Shown in pieces: positions 40,525 through 51,590 of a DNA stretch of 64,000 nt (the first letter of the stretch is position 1; every line of letters begins with the position of its first letter). The notes below the pieces were generated by a model. That model made no database searches. It was not told the origin of the DNA and saw only the letters and a program-made list of their open reading frames with translations. A program made the translations under genes and the position numbers. Source of the stretch: Candidatus Poriferihabitans sp. (GTDB taxonomy: Bacteria; Pseudomonadota; Gammaproteobacteria; Arenicellales; Poriferihabitantaceae); the NCBI GenBank assembly GCA_965220975.1, contig OZ244855.1:912954-976953 (forward strand). The letters are read 5' to 3'.

Positions 40525-40980
40525 TCAGTTCAATACACTAGGCCAATTCTCGTCAGCCTTCTGAATAAATCCAACCTTGTCTTTCAGCCACTTTTTCTGG
40601 ATTTTTGAATTGTAATTCAGATACAGTTTTCCATCGGTAATGTTCCACTGTTTCGGATCAGCGGAAGCTGTATCGCCGTTGGCAACGGCCCATGCACAGT
40701 ACCCGCCATACTGAGGCTCATACATGTCCGGATTTTCCTTGAACTTGTCAAGATTTTCCTGGCTTGCGAAATGCCACTCTGCACCCTTGTGCTCAAGCTT
40801 GAATTTCTTGTTGCCTTTGGTGGGTTCGCCGGCTGTGAAATAGGCTACAACGTCGTAGCCGCTGGCCGCGGTATTGCCAAACCGTTTGGTATAAATCTCA
40901 TCCTTGGCGGCATGAGCAAGTGGAATCATTGCAACCGCTAGAATGAAACTGGTGAGATAGGTTATAACTCGACTAGACAT
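40525..40980 (-). CDS. YHS-domain-containing periplasmic protein
   Basis: Signal peptide followed by GYDVVAYF...KGAEWHFASQENLDKFKENPDMYEPQYGGYCAWAV, typical of the YHS/TRASH-like family. Confidence 0.7.
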   Translation of the reverse strand: MSSRVITYLTSFILAVAMIPLAHAAKDEIYTKRFGNTAASGYDVVAYFTAGEPTKGNKKFKLEHKGAEWHFASQENLDKFKENPDMYEPQYGGYCAWAVANGDTASADPKQWNITDGKLYLNYNSKIQKKWLKDKVGFIQKADENWPSVLN

Positions 40981-41306
40981 TAAAAAAGCCTCTTGTTTGA
41001 AAGTAGATTCGACATGGATTCATGGCTGCCTGATATAATGGAAATGAGGGAGCCTGGCTGTGGAAATTAGCATATTTTACGAATGCTGATTGATTTGGCT
41101 ATTATCTGTCTATCAGACTTGCAAATGCAAGGCAATATTTTCCGAAAAGCAGAACTGGTTAATCATGTGTTCAGTTATACTCGCCATGCATTTTTCGTTT
41201 GAACAAGTTGTTTCATTCGGATCATTGAGGTCGTACCCGATTCCTTAACGAGGGATACATAAAAAGACAGTTTTGTCCTTTTTGATTTACGTTAGAGGTT
41301 TTCAAT

Positions 41307-42896
41307 ATGAGTCGAAGAGCCGGTGGACGGGCAGCCCGCCATGCCTTGCGATCTGCGCCGCTTGCAGAAGATAGCAAACCAGTACAGCCAGGACAAATCG
41401 GGGGTCGGTATAAGCCGTTAACCGATGAGGCGCTAGCCAGCATCTATGATGCGATGTTGGACTTGCTGGAAAATGTCGGATTTTCCAGAGCAATACCGAG
41501 TATCATCGAGTTGGTTACCAAGGCTGGCGGAAAACTCACCAAAGATGGTCGCTTGACCTTTCCTCGAGAATTGATTGAATGGACGCTTGCAGTTTGCGCA
41601 AGGGACATTACCTTATATGGGCAAAAGCCGGAACATGACTTGTTGCTAAGCGGTAACAAAGTTTATTTTGGCACGGCGGGGGCGGCTGTCCATGTAGTTG
41701 ATGATTGGAAAACCCATCAAGAGTATCCGAATCAAGGTGCCTATCGGGAATCCACGTTGCAGGATTTGTATGATGCAGCGCGCTTGGTGGATCAACTCGA
41801 GCATGTTCATTTTTTCCAGCGTTGCATGGTTGCTCGTGATATCGAGGACCCTTGTGCAATGGATTTAAATACCACCTATGTCTCGGTCACGGGTACAACC
41901 AAACATTGTGGCTTAAGTTATGTCGATCCTGGACATGCTGTAGCTGGCCTGAAATTGCTACACTCGATAGCAGGCAGTGAAAAACAGTGGCGCGAACGTC
42001 CTTTTGCTAGCCTGTCTTGTTGTTTTGTGGTTCCGCCGATGCGATTTGCAGAAGATGCTTGCCGGGTCATGGAGGTCTGTATACGTGGAGGAATGCCGGT
42101 TTTGTTGCTGGCAGCAGGGCAGGCTGGTGCAACCAGTCCTGCATCTCTTGCTGGCGCAGTTGTCCAGGAGTGTGCAGAGTGTCTTGCTGCACTCTCAATT
42201 GTGAATCTGATGGTAGAAGGGCATCCCGCTATTTTCGGTCCTTGGCCATTTGTCTCTGACTTGCGAACTGGAGCCATGAGCGGTGGCAGTGGAGAACAAG
42301 CCGTATTGATGGCTGCCTGTGGACAGGTCGGCCGCTATCTGGATTTGCCAACCGGAATAGCGGCTGGAATGGCGGATTCCAAAACCGCAGACGCACAGTC
42401 TGGTTTCGAAAAAGCATATACGGTCACCTTGGCCGGGCACAGCGGAGCAAACCTCGTATATGAATCCGCAGGCATGCAAGCTAGCTTGCTCGGATTCGGG
42501 TTTGAAAGCATCGTGATTGACAATGACATGCTCGGGGCAATCAATCGTAGTGTTCGAGGAATCGAGGTTGATAGTGACAATCTGGCTTTGGAGACGATTG
42601 CTGATGTCTGTTTGAATGGCCCGGAACACTTTCTCGGACATCAAGCCACTCTCTCTCGGATGCAGTCCGATTATGTCTATCCGGAGATAGGGAATCGCCT
42701 AACCCCTGCTGAGTGGATGGAACTGGGTTCAAAAAATGTCAATGAGCCGGCGAGAGAAAGAGTTAAGGAAATACTGAACACTCATTTTCCCGAGCACATA
42801 TCAGAGCAACTGGATAACCATTTGCGGGCGAATTTTGAAATTCTGTTGCCAAGAGATCAAATGCGTCCGAAATGCAAACACAATATACCGGAGTGA
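41307..42896 (+). CDS. MttB-family (non-pyrrolysine) methyltransferase, candidate glycine betaine/quaternary amine:corrinoid methyltransferase
   Basis: 529 aa. The N-terminus RRAGGRAARHALRSAPL...GGRYKPLTDEAL is characteristic of the MttB superfamily. No in-frame TAG is present. Confidence 0.75.
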   Translation: MSRRAGGRAARHALRSAPLAEDSKPVQPGQIGGRYKPLTDEALASIYDAMLDLLENVGFSRAIPSIIELVTKAGGKLTKDGRLTFPRELIEWTLAVCARDITLYGQKPEHDLLLSGNKVYFGTAGAAVHVVDDWKTHQEYPNQGAYRESTLQDLYDAARLVDQLEHVHFFQRCMVARDIEDPCAMDLNTTYVSVTGTTKHCGLSYVDPGHAVAGLKLLHSIAGSEKQWRERPFASLSCCFVVPPMRFAEDACRVMEVCIRGGMPVLLLAAGQAGATSPASLAGAVVQECAECLAALSIVNLMVEGHPAIFGPWPFVSDLRTGAMSGGSGEQAVLMAACGQVGRYLDLPTGIAAGMADSKTADAQSGFEKAYTVTLAGHSGANLVYESAGMQASLLGFGFESIVIDNDMLGAINRSVRGIEVDSDNLALETIADVCLNGPEHFLGHQATLSRMQSDYVYPEIGNRLTPAEWMELGSKNVNEPARERVKEILNTHFPEHISEQLDNHLRANFEILLPRDQMRPKCKHNIPE

Positions 42897-42900
42897 GCCA

Positions 42901-45339
42901 ATGAGCGAACAAAATTTTCCATCACTGGCAAAGGTCGTGATTGTCGGTGGCGGCGTGATGGGGGCTGGACTTGCATACCATCTATCGATGGAAGGATGGA
43001 CAGATTGTCTTTTGATTGAAAAGGGGGAATTGACTTCAGGATCAACCTGGCATGCCGCCGGGCAATGCCCCAACTTCATTGCTGATTACAATATGGCGAA
43101 AATTCATGATTATGGAGTAAATTTATATCCAAAACTTGAAGAATTGACCGGCCAGTATGTGAGCTGGCATGGCTGCGGCGGTATTCGGTTTGCTTATCAT
43201 CCAGCTGAAGTAGAGTGGTTTCACCGCGTGGCCGGGGTCGGCAAGTTGATCGGTTATGACTGTGAAATCATCGATCGGGAAAAAATCAAGTCTCTGGTAC
43301 CTTATGTCAACATTGAAGGAGTAATCGCGGGAGCCTGGACTCATGCTGACGGGCATGTTGATCCGGCCGGAGTTTGCAATGCCATGGCGAAAGGCGCACG
43401 CACGCATGGAGCAAAGATATCCACCCAAAACCGAGTGCTCGATATTCACCTTCGTTCATCAGGAGAATGGGAAGTGCTAACCGAAAAAGGTACGGTTATT
43501 GCAGAACATGTGGTGAATGCTGCAGGCTGTTACGCACGTGAAATTTCAAAGATGGTCGGTACTGATCTACCCCTGATCAACATGAAACACACCTATCTTG
43601 TCACCGAGAGCGTGCAGGAGTTTTTGGATGCAGATCACGAAATGCCGGTCATTCGTGATCCCTATCCCTCATCCTATTATCGTCAGGAACAAAAGTCTGC
43701 GTTGATCGGAATTTATGAAACACGGAATTCCGAAGAATGCTGGTCTCATCGTGGCGGCTGGCCAGAATGGGAGTCAGAAAATGAATTGTTTGATCCAGAA
43801 ATGGACAACATCATGCCTTTCATTGAAAGAGTCATGGAACGGGTTCCGATGTGGCAGCAACTCGGAATTAAGCGCATAGTTTGCGGGGCTATCCCTCACA
43901 CTCCAGATAGCAATCCTTTCATTGGACCGGCGGCTGGAACTCGAAATTTCTGGCATTGCAACGGAGCATCCATTGGAATCGCTTCGGGCGCTGGATGTGG
44001 TAAGTATCTGGCCCAATGGATGATCTATGGCGACGCAGAAATCAATATGTCCGGTGTTGATCCTCGACGTTTTAGCGGATTCGCGCCGGGGAGGTACGCC
44101 AAGGAAAAATCTCATGAAGATTACGAACATATGTACAAACTCCACCTGCCTGGTGAAGAGAGACCAGCTGGACGCAAGTTTCGAGCTACTCCCCTGTATG
44201 ACAAAATGAAACAAAAAGGTGCTGTATATACTGAAGTCAATGGCTGGGAAAGAGCCAAATGGTTTTCACTTGACGGACGAGAAGAAGAGATTGGATTCCG
44301 TCATAACAATACATTCAGCGTGGTCTCGAGAGAATGTACGGCAGTTCGTGAGCGTGCTGGAATCATGGAATTATCTACATTTGCCAAATACGAGGTTTCT
44401 GGTAGAGATGCCGAAGCGATGTTGAATCGGATCAGCGCTAACAAAATGCCGGCATTATCAGGAATTGTGCTCACGCATTACCTTGCTGATAATGGACGAT
44501 TAAACGGTGAGTCAACCATTACTCGACTGGATGACAATTTTTATTATGTACTCTCGGGAGCTGCGAGTGAAGAACGTGATTTGGCGATTTTGAATCAGGG
44601 CATAGGCAAGAATGAAGATGTGTACATCTCCAATGTCACAAACGGCTGGGGAGTCCTGCTCCTGGCAGGTCCACAGTCTCGTAAAATCCTGTCTGCTGTG
44701 ACTGATGAGAACTTGTGCAATTCTTCATTCCCATGGTTATCGGGCAAGACGATTGATATCCAGGGAATGCAAGTCAGGGCCTTGCGAGTGAGCTACACCG
44801 GTGATCTGGGTTGGGAACTGCATTGCAGGAATGCTGATCTTGTAGAAGTGTATACGACGGTCTTTGCGGCAGGTGAAGAGTTTGGTATTGCGGATTTTGG
44901 CAGTTATGCGTTGAATTCCCTGAGAATGGAAAAAGCTTATAAAGGGTGGGGCGCTGAAATGACCAATGAAATATCAATGGTAGAAGCAGGATTGATGCGA
45001 TTCTTTCGCCGCAACAAAAATGATTTTCGTGGAAAACAGAGTACGTTGGATATAGAAAGAGACGGAGCTTCCACCTCTTTGGTATATTTTGAAGTTGAAG
45101 AGGGAGATAACGATGTCATTGGAGGTGAAGCGGTGCTTGTTGAGGGACAAACTATCGGAGTTACCACTTCAGGAGGATATGGCCATGTTACAGGAAAAAG
45201 TCTCGGTTTTGCCTATGTTGACGCAGAATACAGCAAACCCGGCAGTGAGTTTCAAGTGCTGCTGATCGGGGATTTAAGAAAGGCCACGGTGTTGGCTGAG
45301 CCAGTTTGGGATCCTGAGAATTTTCGACCTCGTGCCTGA
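42901..45339 (+). CDS. FAD-dependent oxidoreductase with a C-terminal GcvT-like domain (dimethylglycine/sarcosine dehydrogenase family)
   Basis: Start chosen at ATG 42901, 5 nt after the mttB-like stop. VVIVGGGVMGAGLAYHL FAD motif. About 812 aa with a folate-binding aminomethyltransferase-like C-terminal half. Confidence 0.8.
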   Translation: MSEQNFPSLAKVVIVGGGVMGAGLAYHLSMEGWTDCLLIEKGELTSGSTWHAAGQCPNFIADYNMAKIHDYGVNLYPKLEELTGQYVSWHGCGGIRFAYHPAEVEWFHRVAGVGKLIGYDCEIIDREKIKSLVPYVNIEGVIAGAWTHADGHVDPAGVCNAMAKGARTHGAKISTQNRVLDIHLRSSGEWEVLTEKGTVIAEHVVNAAGCYAREISKMVGTDLPLINMKHTYLVTESVQEFLDADHEMPVIRDPYPSSYYRQEQKSALIGIYETRNSEECWSHRGGWPEWESENELFDPEMDNIMPFIERVMERVPMWQQLGIKRIVCGAIPHTPDSNPFIGPAAGTRNFWHCNGASIGIASGAGCGKYLAQWMIYGDAEINMSGVDPRRFSGFAPGRYAKEKSHEDYEHMYKLHLPGEERPAGRKFRATPLYDKMKQKGAVYTEVNGWERAKWFSLDGREEEIGFRHNNTFSVVSRECTAVRERAGIMELSTFAKYEVSGRDAEAMLNRISANKMPALSGIVLTHYLADNGRLNGESTITRLDDNFYYVLSGAASEERDLAILNQGIGKNEDVYISNVTNGWGVLLLAGPQSRKILSAVTDENLCNSSFPWLSGKTIDIQGMQVRALRVSYTGDLGWELHCRNADLVEVYTTVFAAGEEFGIADFGSYALNSLRMEKAYKGWGAEMTNEISMVEAGLMRFFRRNKNDFRGKQSTLDIERDGASTSLVYFEVEEGDNDVIGGEAVLVEGQTIGVTTSGGYGHVTGKSLGFAYVDAEYSKPGSEFQVLLIGDLRKATVLAEPVWDPENFRPRA

Positions 45340-45416
45340 CCAATGAATACGATACATGTATCCTGCGCCGATCGTATTTTTCAATAAATTCTCACTCCCT
45401 CACTATACGCTTCACA

Positions 45417-46664
45417 ATGTCAGATGCCGATTCTAAACTTGAGTGGGTCAAATCTGAAGATCTTGGAGAGACAGGGAATAACCGTTTTCTGCTCGGCACT
45501 CTTGCAACCGGTCATTTGATCAATGATTGGGTAGCCGGCACGATCTGGCTTGTTGCGCCAGCCATAGCTGCGGGCATGGGTCTTGGGCCTGCCGAAGTAG
45601 GACTGATTATAGCCATTAATGGCATTGCAGCTGGTCTCACCTATATACCAGCTGGAATAATCGCAGATCGGACCCGTAATAGCGGGCTACTCATGCTGAT
45701 TTCGTTTTGGTGGGTTGCTATTGGTTATTTTCTGTCTACCTTTATGCCGGGATTCTGGTTAATCACCCTATTTTTGGCAATTGGAGTCATGGGGGATGCA
45801 TTCTGGCATCCAGTTGCAACGGGGGTTCTGGTCAAGACGATTCCCAAGCGAAGGGCCCAAGTATTGGGCATTCATGCAATGGGGGGCAGTGTTGGAGCTG
45901 AAATTCTTGCGCCAATATCGATCGGAATATTGTTAACCTACTTTGACTGGCAAAGTTCCTTGCAGATTGTAACTGTTCCAGCTTTCTTGATGGGACTGCT
46001 GTTTTTCATCATTGGCCCGAGAATCTCATCTGTATCTCGACAATCAATACAGCGTGGAAAACTGTCACAGGTCCTTCGGGTTTGGGGGACCAATCGCGGC
46101 TTGTTGATGATCGGCATGATGGTACTTTACAACATGTCTTTATTCGCGATGTTGTCGATGACTCCACTGACACTGCAGCAACGTTACGAGATGAGTGTCT
46201 TCAACTCTTCTGTCTTGTTTGCATCAATGCTGGTTATCGGAACCCTGTTTCAACCATTTATAGGCAAGTTGTCAGATCGAGTTGGCCGATCTCAGCCGAT
46301 CATTATTGTTCTTCTGTTGGCCACCATATTTGCAGCAAGTGCGGCCTGGTTTGAGTCGTTTCTTGCGTTCATGCTTGCACTGATCTGTGCAGTTTCACTG
46401 TTAACAGCAGTCAGGCCAATTATTTTGGCAACAGCGGTCGAATTATCGAAACAATCTGAATCAACAACGCTGGGTATTGTATTTGCGGTTCTCGATGGTG
46501 TTGGAGCTGTGGGAGCATTGGTTGCTGGGTTGGTCGGAGAAATCGATCTTGCTCTCGCTTTCCTGATGGCTGCGATATTTTCGATTGTGTCAATCGGACT
46601 TTACCTTGCCTCGCATGCATTATCGGGAGGGGAGGCCAGTCATAGGTCTCTCGATCATCAATAG
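45417..46664 (+). CDS. MFS transporter
   Basis: 415 aa with about 12 predicted TM segments. The GIIADRTR loop resembles the MFS motif A. Confidence 0.75.
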   Translation: MSDADSKLEWVKSEDLGETGNNRFLLGTLATGHLINDWVAGTIWLVAPAIAAGMGLGPAEVGLIIAINGIAAGLTYIPAGIIADRTRNSGLLMLISFWWVAIGYFLSTFMPGFWLITLFLAIGVMGDAFWHPVATGVLVKTIPKRRAQVLGIHAMGGSVGAEILAPISIGILLTYFDWQSSLQIVTVPAFLMGLLFFIIGPRISSVSRQSIQRGKLSQVLRVWGTNRGLLMIGMMVLYNMSLFAMLSMTPLTLQQRYEMSVFNSSVLFASMLVIGTLFQPFIGKLSDRVGRSQPIIIVLLLATIFAASAAWFESFLAFMLALICAVSLLTAVRPIILATAVELSKQSESTTLGIVFAVLDGVGAVGALVAGLVGEIDLALAFLMAAIFSIVSIGLYLASHALSGGEASHRSLDHQ

Positions 46665-46673
46665 GTGACAAAA

Positions 46674-49600
46674 TCAGGCTTCAGCCAGTTTTGTTGTCGC
46701 AAGACGCCGAGTGCGACGGGATTCGAGAGGAGCGACCAGGAGTGACATCATTGGTGGTACGAGTAGCAGAGTGATGATGGCTGACAAGGAGAGACCGCCG
46801 ACCACTACCGATCCCAAGCCGCGGTAGAGTTCTGAACCCGCGCCCGGAAAAAATACCAGTGGAAGCATCCCAAAGACGGATGTCAAAGTTGACATGAATA
46901 TCGGTCGAATGCGATTTTGCGTAGCTATTGGAATCGCTTGCTCCGGTGTCAGACCTTCGACACGAGTCAAATGCAGAGTCTGGTGAACGAGTAGTATCGC
47001 GTTATTGACTACGATACCAACCAGAATCACAAAACCAAGCATCGTCAACATGTCCAATGCCTGATAGGTAAACAGATTGAGCAATGCCAAGCCGGCAACG
47101 CCGCCTGCAGCCGCAATGGGAACCGAAATCATGATGATCAGTGGATAAATGAAACTCTCAAACAGGACCGCCATAACCAAAAATACAATAATCAGGGCAA
47201 GGGTAAGATTGACCGCCATCGCGGCACGAGTTTGATCGAGTTTATCGGCAGTTCCCGAAATTCGAAGACGGACATCTGGCGGAAGACCTTCTGCAACCAA
47301 AGCGTCAATAACATCGGTACGTATCGTGTCTATTGCTGCTTCTAGCGGTAACTCAGCCTGTGGCCGAACCTCAAGCGTGACCGTACGCAGGCGCTCTCGA
47401 TGCCGGATTTGAGTGGGTCCTGCGGTGAGGATCACATCCGCGACCGAACTGACCGGTATAACCCGTCCAGCAGCCGTTACGATTGGTAGATTGCCAATTC
47501 CTTGAGTGGTATCGACGCCCTGTGTTCCTCCCTTTATGAGAATGTCCGTCATCTGACCATCTACTGTTGACTGTGTAGCCCGAAGACCATCATTAAAGGT
47601 GTCTATGGTCAGTGCAAGATCCTGGGCGGTGATTCCGCTCTCGTTCAATCGAATGCGATCGGGAATTACTCTAACTTCAGGAGCACCGAGTTCGAGGCCT
47701 GGCACAGGTCTCCATTCATGTCCCTGATCTCTGGGAAATAATTGAATGATCTTGAAAAATGCACGATTTGCCACTTCCAGTGCGGTTTCAAGGCTATTGC
47801 CTGAAATATCGAGATCAATTTTTCTTCCACCACCAATGCCGCGCCCAAATATTGAAGGTTGGGTAATAAATCCGAAAGTACCGGGTTCTCGAAATACGGG
47901 TGCGCTCAAAATGGGTTTCAATTCGGCAACTCTTGAAGGATCTTCGGCTATCGCACCAATAAATGTGCGAGATTGAGTAGCAACAAAGAAAAATCGGTCG
48001 ATCAATGCTGGATCGTCTTCGCCAGATGCCTGCTCTGATTGGTCATCACCTGTGAGACTGTTCCAGGCATCACTAACGAACCAGGCAAGTTGTCCCCATG
48101 CCGATGGCTTTTCCGTGTTTGCATCAGCAGACTGTTCATTATTGATCACCCAAAGGTGGCTAATTTCCTGCTCAATGCCATTGGCAATTTCGGTCGTTGT
48201 ATCCAGGTTGTATCCGGGAGGTGGAATCACGATCCCAAATAGCAAATTTCGATTGCCTTCCGGCAAATATTCAAGTTTCGGCAGAAACTGATAGCTGAAG
48301 TAAACAGCACCTGAGGTAACGCTGATAGCAATAAGCAACGCAACAACCTGACTCTTTACGACAAGATTCGCAAATGCGATGATCGCCGACGAAAACAGTC
48401 CAGCCAGTGAATCAACCAGAAACAGCCGTAACCGTTTGGGTTTTCCGTCCTCACTAACTTTATTTGACAGCAATTTGCTTGACAGGGCGGGGATAACGGT
48501 AATCGACACAACTAGAGAAAGAACCACGGCAACTGAAATGGCAACAGCGATATCCCGAAACAATTGACCTGCTTCCAGCTCCATGACCAAAATTGGAATG
48601 AAGACCATCACGGTAGTCAATGCTGATACAAGTACTGCTCCCCAGACCTGACTTGCGCCACGATATGCTGATTCACTGTTGCTGTACCCTTCTTCCTTGT
48701 GACGATAGATGTTTTCCAGGACTACAATTGCCGCATCTACAACCATGCCAACCGCAAATGCGATTCCGGCGAGGGAAATCACGTTCAACGATCGTCCCAT
48801 GGCAGCCATGGCAACGAATGCGCCGATGACAGAGACCGGTATTGCCAGGGAAACAATCAGAGTCGCACGGAACGAGCGTAGAAAAATTAGCAGGATAACA
48901 ACCGCAAGCACCCCACCTACCCAAATATTTTGTCTGACCAGGTCGATCGCAGAATTGATGTAAATCGTTTCATCATAGACTTGTTGTAGTTGAAGTCCTG
49001 CTTCTGGTATGACGGTTTTATTCAATTCCGCTACAGCTTCACGAATGCCTGCCATGGTTTCGATCACATTTGAACCGGTTTGTCGTGTTGCATTCATTGC
49101 GAGTGCAGCCTGGCCGAGTTGTCGGATGGAAGCTGTCGGTTCCTGATACCCGAATTGAATTGTGGCAATATCTCCTAGAGCAGTGCGCACATTCACATCA
49201 TCTCCGGCCTTGTTGATCAAGACACGGCCAACTGCATCGAGGGATTGAAGTTCTCCTTCGGTGCGAACCACATAACGTCGTTTTCCCTCATTGATATCAC
49301 CGGCTCCCAGCGAGATATTTGACAACAGCAAGGAACGGCGAATATCCGCAATGGTTAGCCCATAACTCGCCAGTGTCGAGGGATCTATGATGACATGAAT
49401 TTGGCGTTCAGTTGAACCAAAAAAATTGACACGTCCAATGCCGGGTACGCGTTCGAGTCTCTCCTTGACATTATCTCTTATGTAATCACCATATTCGTGT
49501 ATCGGCCGGTCATTTCCTGGTTGTCGAGTAAAAATGAGCCATGCGATTGCATTGTCTTCACTGCCGGCAGTGTCAAGAGTCGGTTGATCTGCCTCATCTG

Positions 49601-49955
49601 GATATTCGGGAACACGGTCAAGTCGATTCGAAACCAGTAACAGAGCGCGATCCATGTTTGTTCCAATCTTGAACTCCAGGGTAATTTGAGCTTCACCTGA
49701 ATTGGCTCTACCCGTCATGTCGGTGAGTCCTTCGATTCCAGCAAGTTCATCTTGTTGAGGAATGAGTATTTCCCGTTCTACCTCAGCTGGAGCTGCTCCA
49801 AACCAGTTTGTTGTGACGGTAATTACCGGACGATTCACGTCTGGCGCCAGCTGTATCGGTATTGTGGTCAGTGCGACCAGCCCAAACAGAACGACCAGCA
49901 GGACAGCAGCGATTACCGCGATGGGTCTCTTGATTGATCCTTGAATGAGTTGCAT
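46674..49955 (-). CDS. RND efflux transporter, inner membrane permease (AcrB/HAE1-like)
   Basis: 1093 aa with 12-TM, two-large-loop architecture and typical strings AFAVGMVVDAAIVVLENI and VGIVVNNAILLV. Confidence 0.92.
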   Translation of the reverse strand: MQLIQGSIKRPIAVIAAVLLVVLFGLVALTTIPIQLAPDVNRPVITVTTNWFGAAPAEVEREILIPQQDELAGIEGLTDMTGRANSGEAQITLEFKIGTNMDRALLLVSNRLDRVPEYPDEADQPTLDTAGSEDNAIAWLIFTRQPGNDRPIHEYGDYIRDNVKERLERVPGIGRVNFFGSTERQIHVIIDPSTLASYGLTIADIRRSLLLSNISLGAGDINEGKRRYVVRTEGELQSLDAVGRVLINKAGDDVNVRTALGDIATIQFGYQEPTASIRQLGQAALAMNATRQTGSNVIETMAGIREAVAELNKTVIPEAGLQLQQVYDETIYINSAIDLVRQNIWVGGVLAVVILLIFLRSFRATLIVSLAIPVSVIGAFVAMAAMGRSLNVISLAGIAFAVGMVVDAAIVVLENIYRHKEEGYSNSESAYRGASQVWGAVLVSALTTVMVFIPILVMELEAGQLFRDIAVAISVAVVLSLVVSITVIPALSSKLLSNKVSEDGKPKRLRLFLVDSLAGLFSSAIIAFANLVVKSQVVALLIAISVTSGAVYFSYQFLPKLEYLPEGNRNLLFGIVIPPPGYNLDTTTEIANGIEQEISHLWVINNEQSADANTEKPSAWGQLAWFVSDAWNSLTGDDQSEQASGEDDPALIDRFFFVATQSRTFIGAIAEDPSRVAELKPILSAPVFREPGTFGFITQPSIFGRGIGGGRKIDLDISGNSLETALEVANRAFFKIIQLFPRDQGHEWRPVPGLELGAPEVRVIPDRIRLNESGITAQDLALTIDTFNDGLRATQSTVDGQMTDILIKGGTQGVDTTQGIGNLPIVTAAGRVIPVSSVADVILTAGPTQIRHRERLRTVTLEVRPQAELPLEAAIDTIRTDVIDALVAEGLPPDVRLRISGTADKLDQTRAAMAVNLTLALIIVFLVMAVLFESFIYPLIIMISVPIAAAGGVAGLALLNLFTYQALDMLTMLGFVILVGIVVNNAILLVHQTLHLTRVEGLTPEQAIPIATQNRIRPIFMSTLTSVFGMLPLVFFPGAGSELYRGLGSVVVGGLSLSAIITLLLVPPMMSLLVAPLESRRTRRLATTKLAEA

Positions 49956-49974
49956 CGGAGACTAGAGAAAGAGA

Positions 49975-51120
49975 TCAGGAAGGATTCTCAGCCAATGAAA
50001 CGGGCTGATCTGGTCGCAGACGCTCATTGCCGCGTATCACGACCAGATCCCCTTCAGCCAACCCTCGGAGAACTTCCAATCGATTACCGATCGGTGATCC
50101 CAGTTGAACAGGGCGTAGCTTGGCGAATCCTTCCTCAACCACATATACGATACTACCTTGTCCACCATGAATCACGGCATCCTTGTGCACAGAACGGATT
50201 TCGCGTTCGGCTCCTGCAGGGATCAGCACTGTAACTCCCTGATCGACTGCTAACGCCATTTCATTGTCTGCCAAATCCAGTGAGAAGCGAACTCTCCTGG
50301 TCCGGGTTCTTGGATCTTCTTCCGGTACGATTGCCCTGACACTGGCTTGGTGCTGGCTACCGTCATCGAAAGATATTTGTACCATACGTCCATCAGTCAA
50401 GCCATCTAGACGATCAGCTGGCACATCAGCTTCGATTTCCAGATCGCCATCAGCAACTAGTCGAATTACTGGTTGTCCTTGCTGGAGATAACTTCCTACT
50501 TCGGTAAATTTTTCGATAACGGTTCCGTTGTAGGGAGCAATAACTCGGGTATAGAACAACTCCAAATCGATCAGGCTAATCTGTGCATCGGCACTGTTCA
50601 AGGCTGCTTTAGCTTCCAATACACGTGCAGCAACGATGTTTTGCTGTTGAATCGCATCATCGATCTGTGATTGGCTAATGGCTGCAGAAGGAGCCAGTTT
50701 GCTGAGTCGATTCACCTCCTGTTTTGCCAGTTTCAGTTGTGCTTCAACGACAGCAATTCTGGCTTCTACCTCCTTGCGCTGGACTTCGAGCAATTGTTTA
50801 CGAAGACGTGCAGAGCGGTCGCTGATCGTTACTACGGTTTGTCGTTGTTTAACTCGATCACCAACACGGACATGAATTTCCTTGACAGCTCCTGCGATCT
50901 GTGCAGCTACTGAGCCGGCTTGAACAGTCACCAGCCTACCTAGTATTGGAATGGTATTGGTATAGTTTTGCCGCATGACAGGATCAACGGTTACGAGCGT
51001 CTGTTGAGCATGGATAACCGGTATGCCTGTCGCGAGAAACAATAGGAATGCACATCCAGATGCCGTTGTGAATCTGGACATTTTATTTTGAAGTATTTTC
51101 ATGCGCGTGTTATCTTGCAA
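49975..51120 (-). CDS. RND efflux periplasmic adaptor (membrane fusion protein, HlyD family)
   Basis: Signal/anchor segment, coiled-coil hairpin and lipoyl and beta-barrel segments. Immediately upstream of the RND pump. Start uncertain (several Met in the first 14 codons). Confidence 0.88.
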   Translation of the reverse strand: MQDNTRMKILQNKMSRFTTASGCAFLLFLATGIPVIHAQQTLVTVDPVMRQNYTNTIPILGRLVTVQAGSVAAQIAGAVKEIHVRVGDRVKQRQTVVTISDRSARLRKQLLEVQRKEVEARIAVVEAQLKLAKQEVNRLSKLAPSAAISQSQIDDAIQQQNIVAARVLEAKAALNSADAQISLIDLELFYTRVIAPYNGTVIEKFTEVGSYLQQGQPVIRLVADGDLEIEADVPADRLDGLTDGRMVQISFDDGSQHQASVRAIVPEEDPRTRTRRVRFSLDLADNEMALAVDQGVTVLIPAGAEREIRSVHKDAVIHGGQGSIVYVVEEGFAKLRPVQLGSPIGNRLEVLRGLAEGDLVVIRGNERLRPDQPVSLAENPS

Positions 51121-51246
51121 AATAGCGTAAGTTCTACGTCTGGCTTTCCCAGCTTTCCTGTTGGATATGGGACAATTGGCAATTAATTACTTGAATGGCC
51201 TTATCATGAATGGGCTATTTAACCATGTTCCATGAGTTTAGCAGAA

Positions 51247-51590
51247 TGCGTGATATGGGATGAGGAATCCCATATCCAAATCAATCAATACCCGTGATCA
51301 GGTTAAACCATATGAGTGATTCTACAACATATCGGAACATCCATTACCGTCAATTATCTGGTTCAGCGAAGGCTTGCATGCTTTCAGGTCAGGCCGACAC
51401 CTGTCGATTCTTATGGAATCACTTCATTGCCTGGAACATGGAACATCTTCCGAAGTCGCCAACTTCCTTCTTTTTGCTTGTTTGTTGAGTTGCCAAATGT
51501 TCGAATAGCAATGAGTAGCGGATGGCGATCAGTTTGCATGTCTGAATTCATAATGCAAACATCCAAACATGGCGGGGCATGAAATTGCGA
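51247..51590 (+). pseudogene. Relic of a second TnpB element (left-end hairpin plus about 60 N-terminal codons, then decay)
   Basis: ATGCGTGATATGGGAT-GAGGA-ATCCCATATCCAAATCAA (perfect 10-bp hairpin, 51252-51276) and MSDSTTYRNIHYRQLSGSAKACMLSGQADTCRFLWNHF parallel the 5' region and the N-terminus MSDCTAYRNITYRLIPGSESKARKLAGQAGACRFVWNHF of the intact copy at 60868-62097. Confidence 0.7.
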
